In this document: positions 9,000 through 18,445 of the stretch, one piece after another
How positions within the stretch are numbered: position 1 is the stretch's first letter
How the letters are laid out: each line of letters begins with the position of its first letter
Origin: a virus
Lineage: Duplodnaviria; Caudoviricetes
Direction: 5' to 3' (one strand)
DNA: 45,171 nt
IMG/VR virus record: IMGVR_UViG_3300022697_000044
Span: 1 to 45,171 of that record
Notes under the pieces: generated by a model
Told to the model about the DNA's origin: nothing
What the model saw: the letters and a program-made list of their open reading frames with translations, nothing else
Databases searched by the model: none
Position numbers and translations under genes: made by a program

Positions 9000-9419
9000 A
9001 TGGGACTACTTGATTTTAATTTATCTGATGTGGGTGGCATACTAACCAGCGCAAGGGAAGCCATAACTGGGGAGAAGATTAAAGACCCTACTGAGATGGC
9101 CAAGGTTAATTTACAATTGCAGGCGTTAGAGAATGCTCTTACTACTGGTCAGCTAAAGATTAACGAAGCAGAGGCTCGGAGTACGAATTGGTTCGTAGCT
9201 GGTGGTAGGCCATTCATAATGTGGGTATGTGGATTTGCATTACTTTATGCTACAATACTAGAGCCTTTTGCTAGGTTTATTGCAGTACTGGTGTATGGTT
9301 ATACTGGGTCTTTTCCTGTTATAGATACCAACCTAACAATGCAGATATTGTTAGGTTTATTAGGCTTGGGTGGGATGCGCAGTTTTGAGAAATATAAGGG
9401 TGTACATAATGAACGCTAA
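9000..9419 (+). CDS. Holin, 3-TM GTA-holin-like family
   Basis: INEAEARS.NWFVAGGRPFIMWV...LLGLLGLGGMRSFEK signature. Confidence 0.85.
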   Translation: MGLLDFNLSDVGGILTSAREAITGEKIKDPTEMAKVNLQLQALENALTTGQLKINEAEARSTNWFVAGGRPFIMWVCGFALLYATILEPFARFIAVLVYGYTGSFPVIDTNLTMQILLGLLGLGGMRSFEKYKGVHNER

Positions 9420-9434
9420 CCAGGGGATTAACTA

Positions 9435-9821
9435 ATGCCATTACCTATTGATGCATACCCATTAGCTACACAGGATGGACAGCAGATTCGTCTTGATTTA
9501 GTTAGGGTAATTGACCTAAATACTGTGGCTTTTAATAATCTTACTGGTAGTGCAGTTAATGCAGGTTTAGTGGTGATTGATGCCATCTACGTATTTTTTG
9601 CTACATCCGATTGCATAGTGGCATTTACTGGTATCGCTAGCAAGACCCTAAATAATACGCCAGCTGTATTAGTGGCCGCAGGAGAACGTGTTACCTGCCT
9701 GCTACCTGTGGGTGCTACTGGCATAAGTACCATTGGACTTAGTGCTAGTGGTATCTTGTACATACAGAAGGTAGCAGCTTTCGCGGGCTTAGCTAATACC
9801 ACAACATTGGGGAATCAGTAA
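9435..9821 (+). CDS. Hypothetical virion protein
   Basis: 128 aa, beta-rich, TAATG-coupled to the large tail gene. Confidence 0.7.
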   Translation: MPLPIDAYPLATQDGQQIRLDLVRVIDLNTVAFNNLTGSAVNAGLVVIDAIYVFFATSDCIVAFTGIASKTLNNTPAVLVAAGERVTCLLPVGATGISTIGLSASGILYIQKVAAFAGLANTTTLGNQ

Positions 9822-12800
9822 TGACTAGAAAGAGTTATCCTATAGATATTAAGAAACCTGTATTTCCATTCGGTCAGGAGTATTGGCCCAATAGAGCAGA
9901 GCCTGATTCGGCTGATATTAAGTTTGGTAGGGCTACGGAAGTGCGTGCTGTTGATATTCGCAATGCCCTTCCTACCCCTTTTGGCTTTACATCGTTCTTT
10001 GGTGAAGCCCCGCTAGAATTGCCTAATTTGCCTAAGGGTACTGAGAGGTTATTTACTTACCAGGATTCTTCAGGGAATAATGTACTAATTGCACTGGGGA
10101 TGTATGGTGCTCTATTTAGTACTACTGGAACTAGTTGGGATGCCTCAGAGGCTCCTGGAGTTGCAGCCCTATACGCAGGTGGAGATTACCAATACACTGA
10201 CACTAGTAAGAGCTCTATAGTGAATAGTATAATCTTAAATGCTACTATAGATAACCCCTCCATATTGCCGGGGTTTACTTATGCTGCTGGTAATGGCACA
10301 GCCCCCTTTACACAAGATATTATCATGATTCCCATTAAGGGTACTGGTAGTGTACGCACTTACTATGCTCCTGAAGTTACACAAATGCCCTTAGATGTAC
10401 CCAGCGTATATGATTCCTTAGTGGCCTATATAAATCCTGCTGTAGGTACTCCTGTGGTAGGAGATACCTATGTATTATCCCATATTGCAGATTGGTCTTA
10501 TCATACCGCAGTAGCAGGAGATACAGAAACAGATATTGTAGACGCCTTAGTGGCAGGCATTACTACCCGATTTACTTCGCGGGGCATAACAATAACGAAG
10601 GATAATAACAACCAGCTTAAACTAGTCTCTGGGGCTAATTGGTCAGCAACTAAATTGGAGAATCCAACTGCTTATAAGATACCCTCTGTACTACCTGTTC
10701 TTGGCACTTTACTTGGTACCTTATCAGCTACTAGGTTACCCTTAGATTTACCCATCTCTGCTAATGGTAACCTACTTCAATGCGTTTTCCACTCTACCAA
10801 TCCTTTAACCTCAGGGAGTTTTCGATTCTATGGCAGTAGTGATTACCCTTTAGGAGGTTCCTATTCACCAGTAATTTATACTACAGTTAATAGTATTTCA
10901 GCGGATGGCCGACTATCATTCGCAGCCCTTAATCAGCTAGTTACCTCAGGAGAAGCGTACTTAATTCCGGCACCTGAATACCTAGTAGCCTTTGACCGAG
11001 TGTCAGGGACAGTACCCGTAGATTTAACCGTGGATATTTATGACTCTGGTATACCCATTACAGGTCAATTACTTGGTAGTCGTAATCCTATAGCATCACG
11101 TACATGCTATCCGAATTTAGTCCCGGCTGACGTAGTTGTAGGCCGCATATATACTCTTCAGTCTAAAGGGCAGTATGGTGCATATACTGCTATTGCAGGT
11201 GATACTATAGCTTCTATAGTAGTAGGCGTGATTGCAGCTTATAATGTTGCTGGCCTATCAGTGGCTATTAGAAATGAAGGCACGCTAATAATCTATAATG
11301 GCAATGAGCCTTTGTATTTTCAGGCTGCACCCTTAGCTACTATGACAGAGACGAGTATATCCTCAGAGATTGTGCATGTTAAGAATAGTATTAAAGTGGG
11401 GCATAATTTTGTAAATGCCAATGAGTACAATCTCTTGTATTCCTTAGTAATTATCAATCGTGTAAGTTCCGTTAATGTTAAGTATGTAATACTATGTGAT
11501 GGTGTACCAGTACCGGTAACCACTGTTACAGGTAATTGGACAGATACGAACTATCAATTTACTTCTGCACAGGCCATTGCTGCTGCTGCGTCCCCAGCTA
11601 CAAATAAGCTTTTTGTACGACTAACAGGGAAGCATTTAACAGTGCATGCTACAACTATACCTGGGGGTATAATAGGCCATATAGATTTTAAGTTCCGTCT
11701 ACCTACTTCTGGTGGAATGCTAATGAGTCCTCATCTAGGGTCGGCTGGTACTAAGCTTCTATTAGCTGCTTCCCCTATAGGTTATGATTTTGTTCGTGTA
11801 TATGCTAGAGCAAAATTACCTACAGGTGATGTATTACGGTATATTGGGGAAATTGTTCGTTCAGAGTCTAGGTTAGGTATACCCATATATAGTCAAATGT
11901 CCAGTTTCACTTCCAGTATAGATTTGACTCTCATGCTACCTGAGGCTCTTGTATTTACCTCATTTCCCATACTCACGTCCTTAAATAATCAAGGCAATAC
12001 TATTGGTACACTAACTGATAAAATTGGCCATGAGTTACCACCTTTACTTAGTCTTACAGCTTCTCATCCTGGGACTGGGGTGATTGACACACTGCTAACT
12101 GGTGTGCCCATTTCCATGGCTGGAAGTAGTATTGCCACTCATATGAACCTAACTGCCGCCGAGTTACAAGGCTTAGGACATGTTAATTCTTGGTCTGTAG
12201 CCCTAGTCAAGAATTCTTTGTATTGCTTTCGTCAGGGACTAGGCTATGTATTACAGCTATTACAAGACGGTAGTGCTTGGCAACAGTTAGTACCCACGTT
12301 TATTAACCTGCCTCAAATGCAAGGAATATGTGCAGCCCGTGGTAGGTTAATGGCATGGGATAGTGCTAATGCCGTATATACGTCAGCCATTACAAACCGT
12401 ATTGATTTTACACCTAGCCTGAAGACTAGGGCTAATGTGACTAAAGTAGATGCCTTGATAGGGGATATTGTAACGGCTCTCCCATATAAGGAAGGCTATA
12501 TTATATATGCCACAGGTAGTATTATACTGGCGGTTTATGTTGGAGGTACTGTTAGCTATAAGTACACCTTGTTAAGTGATAGGGAGGGAATTCTAAATCC
12601 ATTAGATGCTGTTAGTGGTGGGGAAACTGAGCATTATGCTATCACTGGTAATAGGTTAGTGGCTGTCTCAACTCAGGGCGTTATTGGTATTTCCCCAGAG
12701 GTAGATAACTATATTAAGTCCTCTAATTTAACTCCTAGGATTGACTTCTTAGAGAATAGGTATGTGACTGTTAGTTTATCCCCTCAGTTGCCAGGTTATA

Positions 12801-15064
12801 TTGAACACCATATTGAAGGCTATACGGGTAGTATTATTCCGGGTATGCCGGCACTTCCTGGTACTCCTGATACGATAATACCCACAGTCGATATAGCAGC
12901 AATACATGTGCCTGCGGTTAATAGTGCTCCTGTAGTAATGCCTCCCATTGTTGTACCCCCACAAACTATTACTAAACCTGATCTAGTTGTTGCCCCTGTG
13001 GTTGTTCCCTCCAGTGGCGTAGCTGGCAGCATTATTGACCCTATTATCGTAGCCCCTGTTGTAGTACCTCCTGTTATTGCCCCTGAAGTAGTTATGCCTG
13101 AGATAGTTATACCTGATGTGGTTGTGCATGACCATCTTCTAAATGTAAATGCTATTGTAGTACCTCCTAAAGTTATACCTGGGGTACCTGCAGTTCCCGG
13201 GGATGCTATTCCGCCTATCGTCGTACCTGATGTTATTATTCCTGGGTATACTATTCCAGGATATACCATTCCAGGTATTCCCGTATGGGATGAGGTGTTA
13301 AAATTACAGGCACAAACAGCTAGCCATACGCCTTCACCAGTAACTTGGGATATATCCTACCAAAAAGTAATAGGGGTTGAACTCTTTCATTCCGATGTAA
13401 CATATACGATACATGACATAAGTACCCAAACCTTCAATAGCCATTCAAATGTTCTCGCTTCGGGTAGTATATTTGATGCTAGCAGTCTCGCTAGTTTCTA
13501 TGCAACCTGGATAAGTGATTCCCCCTTGGTATGGGGCTCAGTAGGGCAGTTAATAACCACCTATATATTAGGCCCCCTGGGTCAGGCTGAGAGGGCTGGA
13601 ACTAATACCGCTTATTTTTACCATATAACGCAGTCTAACAATCTCCTGCAATTAAGTAATGTACCCACTACTTCAGCCTCGATCCGCGTAGGAGATAGCC
13701 CAGAGTTTATGGATAATGCTAATACTATAATAATGGATGAGGTAATCAAGGTAGCCTTGATTAACTTTGTGCTACATTATCATTTAACCTATGTTCCAAG
13801 AGTCGAATCTGCAGACGCTACGTCTACATGGGAGCGCGGGGTAATACCACAGGTAACAATGATCATAAAAGCCTATTTAGTATTTGATAAGTATGATATG
13901 CCGGGTTTAGGTTCTAATGGTGGTGTATTACCTGCAGGTGAACCCTATAAGTTTGTAGATACTATAGTTACAGGTATGGGCCCCCCTAATGTTAAACCAC
14001 TACCCCCTATCACAGTACACCATAAGAGAGTACCAGGGTATACAATTCCAGGTATTGTAGTACCTGCCACTACGGTTAAAGGGTATACTATTCCAGGCTA
14101 TACACTACCAGCTGATGCGGCTACTCCTGGTGGGGTAATACCCGGCTATACTATTCCTGGCTATACTATACTAGTAGACTCCAAGAGTGGAAACTATACT
14201 CGGATAGTTGACCATATTACTAAAGGCTATACTATTCCAAGTTATATTAAACCTGCACACATTATCGAACCTGGCTATACAATACCCGGCTATACTATTC
14301 CTGGAGTAACAATACCCGGGCAAACTATTCCAGGCTATACGATACCCGGGTATACAGTTATTCGTAGCTATACCATCCCTGGATATACGATACCAGGATA
14401 CATTATACCAGGCTATTATTCACCTGCTTATGATATTCCAGGTCTTCATATACCCTCAATAACTATTCCAGGTATACCAGATACCCCTGCAGTACCGGAT
14501 GTTGTTATTCCTGGGGGTAGTTTTATTGCTAGTAGTGGTTCTCGTCAAGCAGTTAGTCCTGTATATACTCGTACACTACTATTAGATCTGGACTTAAAGA
14601 ATTGGGGTAGTTATGATGCGCCCCATTCTATACTTACTAGTCTGTCTCCGATAAATGCTAGGGCTGTAAGTCCCATTACAGGAAACACCGTCACGCAATT
14701 CACCTACCAGAATTTGGGTAAGAGCCTAGCAATGCTGAATACACTAGGTCAGAGTAGTCTCGCCACAGAGGTGCAACTGGATTCCTATATTGAGTTCGGG
14801 GATTACGGTGTGTCAGTAACAGGTAAGACTAGGTTCATAGATTGCATAGCTGACTACGTCAAGGAAACCCGTAGTGGCCTAGAAGTATGGGGTAGCCAGG
14901 ATGGTAAGAGCCTTAGTCCATTATTTAGAGCTGTTGCAGGAAGCATAAATACCCGTGCTATGGTGAATAAAATCTTGACTGCTAAGTGGTTTAGGATTAG
15001 GGTATATGGTAGATTTTATTTGAAGCACCTAACTATCAGCGGAGAGAAAGGAGGTAATAGGTAA
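9821..15064 (+). CDS. Large tail nozzle/stabilisation protein (P22 gp10/T7 gp12-like propeller) with two large insertions
   Basis: N-terminal RNALPTPFGF and central GICAARGRLMAW...YTS...DFTPS...GDIV propeller-like segments; C-terminal KWFRIRVYG; precedes the ejection genes. Confidence 0.65.
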   Translation: MTRKSYPIDIKKPVFPFGQEYWPNRAEPDSADIKFGRATEVRAVDIRNALPTPFGFTSFFGEAPLELPNLPKGTERLFTYQDSSGNNVLIALGMYGALFSTTGTSWDASEAPGVAALYAGGDYQYTDTSKSSIVNSIILNATIDNPSILPGFTYAAGNGTAPFTQDIIMIPIKGTGSVRTYYAPEVTQMPLDVPSVYDSLVAYINPAVGTPVVGDTYVLSHIADWSYHTAVAGDTETDIVDALVAGITTRFTSRGITITKDNNNQLKLVSGANWSATKLENPTAYKIPSVLPVLGTLLGTLSATRLPLDLPISANGNLLQCVFHSTNPLTSGSFRFYGSSDYPLGGSYSPVIYTTVNSISADGRLSFAALNQLVTSGEAYLIPAPEYLVAFDRVSGTVPVDLTVDIYDSGIPITGQLLGSRNPIASRTCYPNLVPADVVVGRIYTLQSKGQYGAYTAIAGDTIASIVVGVIAAYNVAGLSVAIRNEGTLIIYNGNEPLYFQAAPLATMTETSISSEIVHVKNSIKVGHNFVNANEYNLLYSLVIINRVSSVNVKYVILCDGVPVPVTTVTGNWTDTNYQFTSAQAIAAAASPATNKLFVRLTGKHLTVHATTIPGGIIGHIDFKFRLPTSGGMLMSPHLGSAGTKLLLAASPIGYDFVRVYARAKLPTGDVLRYIGEIVRSESRLGIPIYSQMSSFTSSIDLTLMLPEALVFTSFPILTSLNNQGNTIGTLTDKIGHELPPLLSLTASHPGTGVIDTLLTGVPISMAGSSIATHMNLTAAELQGLGHVNSWSVALVKNSLYCFRQGLGYVLQLLQDGSAWQQLVPTFINLPQMQGICAARGRLMAWDSANAVYTSAITNRIDFTPSLKTRANVTKVDALIGDIVTALPYKEGYIIYATGSIILAVYVGGTVSYKYTLLSDREGILNPLDAVSGGETEHYAITGNRLVAVSTQGVIGISPEVDNYIKSSNLTPRIDFLENRYVTVSLSPQLPGYIEHHIEGYTGSIIPGMPALPGTPDTIIPTVDIAAIHVPAVNSAPVVMPPIVVPPQTITKPDLVVAPVVVPSSGVAGSIIDPIIVAPVVVPPVIAPEVVMPEIVIPDVVVHDHLLNVNAIVVPPKVIPGVPAVPGDAIPPIVVPDVIIPGYTIPGYTIPGIPVWDEVLKLQAQTASHTPSPVTWDISYQKVIGVELFHSDVTYTIHDISTQTFNSHSNVLASGSIFDASSLASFYATWISDSPLVWGSVGQLITTYILGPLGQAERAGTNTAYFYHITQSNNLLQLSNVPTTSASIRVGDSPEFMDNANTIIMDEVIKVALINFVLHYHLTYVPRVESADATSTWERGVIPQVTMIIKAYLVFDKYDMPGLGSNGGVLPAGEPYKFVDTIVTGMGPPNVKPLPPITVHHKRVPGYTIPGIVVPATTVKGYTIPGYTLPADAATPGGVIPGYTIPGYTILVDSKSGNYTRIVDHITKGYTIPSYIKPAHIIEPGYTIPGYTIPGVTIPGQTIPGYTIPGYTVIRSYTIPGYTIPGYIIPGYYSPAYDIPGLHIPSITIPGIPDTPAVPDVVIPGGSFIASSGSRQAVSPVYTRTLLLDLDLKNWGSYDAPHSILTSLSPINARAVSPITGNTVTQFTYQNLGKSLAMLNTLGQSSLATEVQLDSYIEFGDYGVSVTGKTRFIDCIADYVKETRSGLEVWGSQDGKSLSPLFRAVAGSINTRAMVNKILTAKWFRIRVYGRFYLKHLTISGEKGGNR
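12821..14520 (+). repeat. Two Pro-rich pentapeptide tracts (xxVPx, YTIPG) flanking a roughly 230-aa unique domain
   Basis: Visible in the translation; tracts at about 12821-13285 and 13979-14520. Confidence 0.9.
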
Positions 15065-16581
15065 TGCCATTGTCAGGGGTAACCACACAGAACTTACAGC
15101 CGATTATTGACGCACTGGCTAACCATAATAATGCATCTGGTATTCGTACTGGGGCACAGGTTAAGGCAGATAATGCTAGCTTGGTGCAAGGTAATATTAA
15201 CCAATTCAACTCTAACATAATGCCACAGATTACTAGGGCCTCTGAAAATGCGGGTGCTAGTGGCGGGGCACTGACGGCGTTACTGGCACAGAATGCAGCT
15301 AGTCAAGTGGCAGGGCAAACTGCTATTACCCAGAATCAGGCATTAGCTGCTAATGAAGGTCTACAGGTGCAAGCTAATACTGCACATGGGCAAGAGTTAA
15401 GTAGCCTGTTCGGAATATTGCAGCAAGCTAATACTGCATCAGGTGATAGGCAAGCTAATCTGCAAATAGCAAAAGATAGGATTGCTTCCATAACAGCACA
15501 AGGAGCATTGAATAGGCAGAATACTATTGATTTAGCCGGGATTAACAATGCTGCTAGGACTAAGAATTTACAGAGTAGTATTGCAGCTACAGCTAACCAG
15601 GCAGGATTAGATCGAAATGCGACAGCTACGAATCTGAAATCTAGTTTAGATGCTCGTACACAGGATATTATAGCACAACTACAGAGCCAGCAGTCCATAG
15701 CAGCAAGACATTCAGGGGATATTCAGAACCAATTACATAGCCAGCAAAACATAGCAGCTGCTAATCGTACTGCACACTCTAGTGATATTCAGAACCAATT
15801 AAATGCCCAGCAGAGTATAGCGTCAGCCGATAGGATTGCACAATCTAGTGACATTCAGAGCCAGTTGCAGAGTCAATCAGCTATATCAGCAGCTAATAGA
15901 CAGGCTACGTCTGGGGATATACAAGCACAGCTAGCCAGTCAAGCTAAGAACTTGCACGATAGTCTAGCAGCGAAAACAAGTGATTTAATGGCCCAGCTGG
16001 CTAGTGCCCAGACGGAAGGTGCAGCTAATAGGGCATCCAGGACTAAGGAGATAGTAGCACAACTTACTGCACACTCCAAGGACTTAGGTGCACAGCTACT
16101 CAGTAATGCTCAAATTGCATCTCAAGGTAATAAGACAGCATTGCAGTTAGGCCAGGATAAGATAGCAGCCAACGCAGCATTGCAGCAGAATCAGATCGCT
16201 AGTAATCAGTCACTGCAGGATGCTAGACTTGCACAGGCTTCACAGCAGCAGCAGGCAGATAGGCAGTTGAAGGCTGAATTAACTAGGGCTGGATTAAGTA
16301 GCCAGACCATCAATAATATAATGGGACTGCAAGCACAAGCTAATTTGCAGGCAGGCGTTAATGCTACTAACCGGCAGAATACTCAGGATACTAATGCAGC
16401 AAGTAATTATAATGCCCAGGTAGCTGCTAATGCATCCATGCAGAATGCTCAGGCGGCTGCTAATGCAACTGTGCAAGCAACGCAAATTAAATCCGATGCG
16501 GCAGTAACTGCCTCCCAGAATAATGCATCTCTCCAGGCAGGCGTTAATCCTGCTACTGGCTATAAGTATTTCCAAGGTTAA
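15064..16581 (+). CDS. Probable internal virion/ejection protein, Q/A/N/S-rich coiled coil
   Basis: 505 aa with 22-aa repeats (SxDIQxQL...) and almost no aromatics; follows the nozzle gene. Confidence 0.65.
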   Translation: MPLSGVTTQNLQPIIDALANHNNASGIRTGAQVKADNASLVQGNINQFNSNIMPQITRASENAGASGGALTALLAQNAASQVAGQTAITQNQALAANEGLQVQANTAHGQELSSLFGILQQANTASGDRQANLQIAKDRIASITAQGALNRQNTIDLAGINNAARTKNLQSSIAATANQAGLDRNATATNLKSSLDARTQDIIAQLQSQQSIAARHSGDIQNQLHSQQNIAAANRTAHSSDIQNQLNAQQSIASADRIAQSSDIQSQLQSQSAISAANRQATSGDIQAQLASQAKNLHDSLAAKTSDLMAQLASAQTEGAANRASRTKEIVAQLTAHSKDLGAQLLSNAQIASQGNKTALQLGQDKIAANAALQQNQIASNQSLQDARLAQASQQQQADRQLKAELTRAGLSSQTINNIMGLQAQANLQAGVNATNRQNTQDTNAASNYNAQVAANASMQNAQAAANATVQATQIKSDAAVTASQNNASLQAGVNPATGYKYFQG

Positions 16582-16597
16582 TGAGGAGTAATCTATC

Positions 16598-18445
16598 ATG
16601 GTACTAACGAAAGAGCAGAGAAAATTACTAGGGCTAAGTGAAGAAGATAAGGCTAAGATGTTCCAGGTAGCCATGGGCTTCGTTGGAGGTGGCACTGTTA
16701 GGGCTAGTAAAGCCTTTGCGGAGCTAGGATCCAATGTATTTAACTCCCTATTGAAAAAAGAAGCCTTGGTCGTAGGTACTAAACAGGCCGCCAGTACGGG
16801 TGGAGCCAGTGCTCAAGACATTGTTAAGGTACTTAGTAGTAAAGCGCCTAGTAATAAGCCCTTTGCTAAGGCACTACAGAATTTTACACCTTTGAAGCAA
16901 GATAATTTACAAGGGGTGGTGGATACTCTAGCTAAGGAGCTAACAAAAGGTAAGCCCCCAGTACGACCACCTGTCAATAAGTTGGCGATTGCGAATACGG
17001 CGATGGGTATAACTGCTGCTGGGCTGGTTACCAGCATATCACAGAATCTACCTGTAACCCCAGAGGAGATTAAGTCCCAAGCCGCCTCCACCTTACATGC
17101 CAAGGCGAATACTAATTCTCCTGATACTATCAACCCTAAGAAGGTATTAAAGGAGATATTACCAGGTGCCTTGGAGACCTCTCGCGCCATTGGGGATACT
17201 ACTGTGTTGGAGCACCTACAGGCAACGAAGATTAGGTTAGGTAGTAAGAGTACGTATAAGATAACGGCTAAGGATTACTTGCCTGTGGTAGACTCTGCTA
17301 GGCCAGGTCAGTCCATTTATGCAATGTCAAATAAGGCTGCAGTAGCACTGGGCTATCCGGATGGCAAGGCACTATATATGCATCTGCCTAATGACAAGCC
17401 TACGGATTCCACCTTAGATCCACAGCCTATTGAAGTTAATGCCCATATGACAGAGAGTAGGAAATATCAGCTTAGCCTAGATGGAGATATCAAGGCTATC
17501 AGTGAAATTCGTAAGGGGCATCTGGATACCCTCACTAAGAATTCAGTTAGGCTACAGCAGTTACATAAAGCTTATGATTATTCCTTAGGATTCGTGAACA
17601 AGGATCCACAGGCTTCTAGGGATTTAATTAAGATCCAGAAGGATATGGATGCAGAGCATACTAGGCTTATCAACTTGGCTGACCATGCTACTGCAGTTGA
17701 TCCTGTAGTCCAGCAGTTACAGCGTAATCATAAGCAGAGGAAGGATGCGCAGCTTAGTCCACAGGTTCAGGTAGTTGTTGACAATTTCATAACCCAGACA
17801 GGTATAAATGACGCCGCCGCTATGTCCTTTGCTGTGGATCCCTCCAACCTGAAGAAGATGGCTACCTGGACAGCCTGGTTACAGAGAGGCATAGTGCCTA
17901 AGTTGCTGGATGCTACGGCGCCTAATGACATTACCACCCTCGCTACGGAATTGCATCATAAGAAATTAGCCCTGCAGGCAGGTGATAACCCTCTCATAGT
18001 GGACAAGGAATTGGCAGGTATTCGGCTCGGGCGTAATAACGCACTAGCTACTCTCATACATGCCAATAGGGCACCGACTGCAGAGAAGGCTGCACAGATA
18101 GATACCTTCGACAAGTTGTATAAGGATAACGCTCAGACACAGGTGCTAAGTATTCTTATCAGTACTGCGTTAGGTACAAGTGCTACGGCGCATCCTAAGG
18201 ATATTATCGCCCGATTGATAGCGGAAGGTAATACTCCAGAACAGGCTAAGACCACAATACAGAGTAAGTTTGACGGGATTCAGTTAGACCACATGGCGAA
18301 GGAGTTGGGTATTACACCCCATGAATTTGATGTGAGACGTAAGCTTGGATTCAAAAGCTTCTATCCTGACCCTTCATTCCTAGAAGGCGCTGCGAACCTA
18401 GCCCATACTGCGGCTAACTCAATGTTATTAGGAGCCAGTTACTAA
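16598..18445 (+). CDS. Probable internal virion protein
   Basis: 615 aa, helical; GAGGAG RBS; second of three genes at the end of the late arm. Confidence 0.55.
   Translation: MVLTKEQRKLLGLSEEDKAKMFQVAMGFVGGGTVRASKAFAELGSNVFNSLLKKEALVVGTKQAASTGGASAQDIVKVLSSKAPSNKPFAKALQNFTPLKQDNLQGVVDTLAKELTKGKPPVRPPVNKLAIANTAMGITAAGLVTSISQNLPVTPEEIKSQAASTLHAKANTNSPDTINPKKVLKEILPGALETSRAIGDTTVLEHLQATKIRLGSKSTYKITAKDYLPVVDSARPGQSIYAMSNKAAVALGYPDGKALYMHLPNDKPTDSTLDPQPIEVNAHMTESRKYQLSLDGDIKAISEIRKGHLDTLTKNSVRLQQLHKAYDYSLGFVNKDPQASRDLIKIQKDMDAEHTRLINLADHATAVDPVVQQLQRNHKQRKDAQLSPQVQVVVDNFITQTGINDAAAMSFAVDPSNLKKMATWTAWLQRGIVPKLLDATAPNDITTLATELHHKKLALQAGDNPLIVDKELAGIRLGRNNALATLIHANRAPTAEKAAQIDTFDKLYKDNAQTQVLSILISTALGTSATAHPKDIIARLIAEGNTPEQAKTTIQSKFDGIQLDHMAKELGITPHEFDVRRKLGFKSFYPDPSFLEGAANLAHTAANSMLLGASY

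Noticed and set aside
12820-13269. Antisense 149-aa G/T/I-rich ORF and similar opposite-strand ORFs across the window
   Set aside because: These are shadows of the biased codons of the real genes; they lack RBSs and oppose the operon direction.
4701-15064. Diversity-generating retroelement acting on the fibre or nozzle
   Set aside because: No reverse transcriptase and no template/variable repeat pair differing at adenines was seen.
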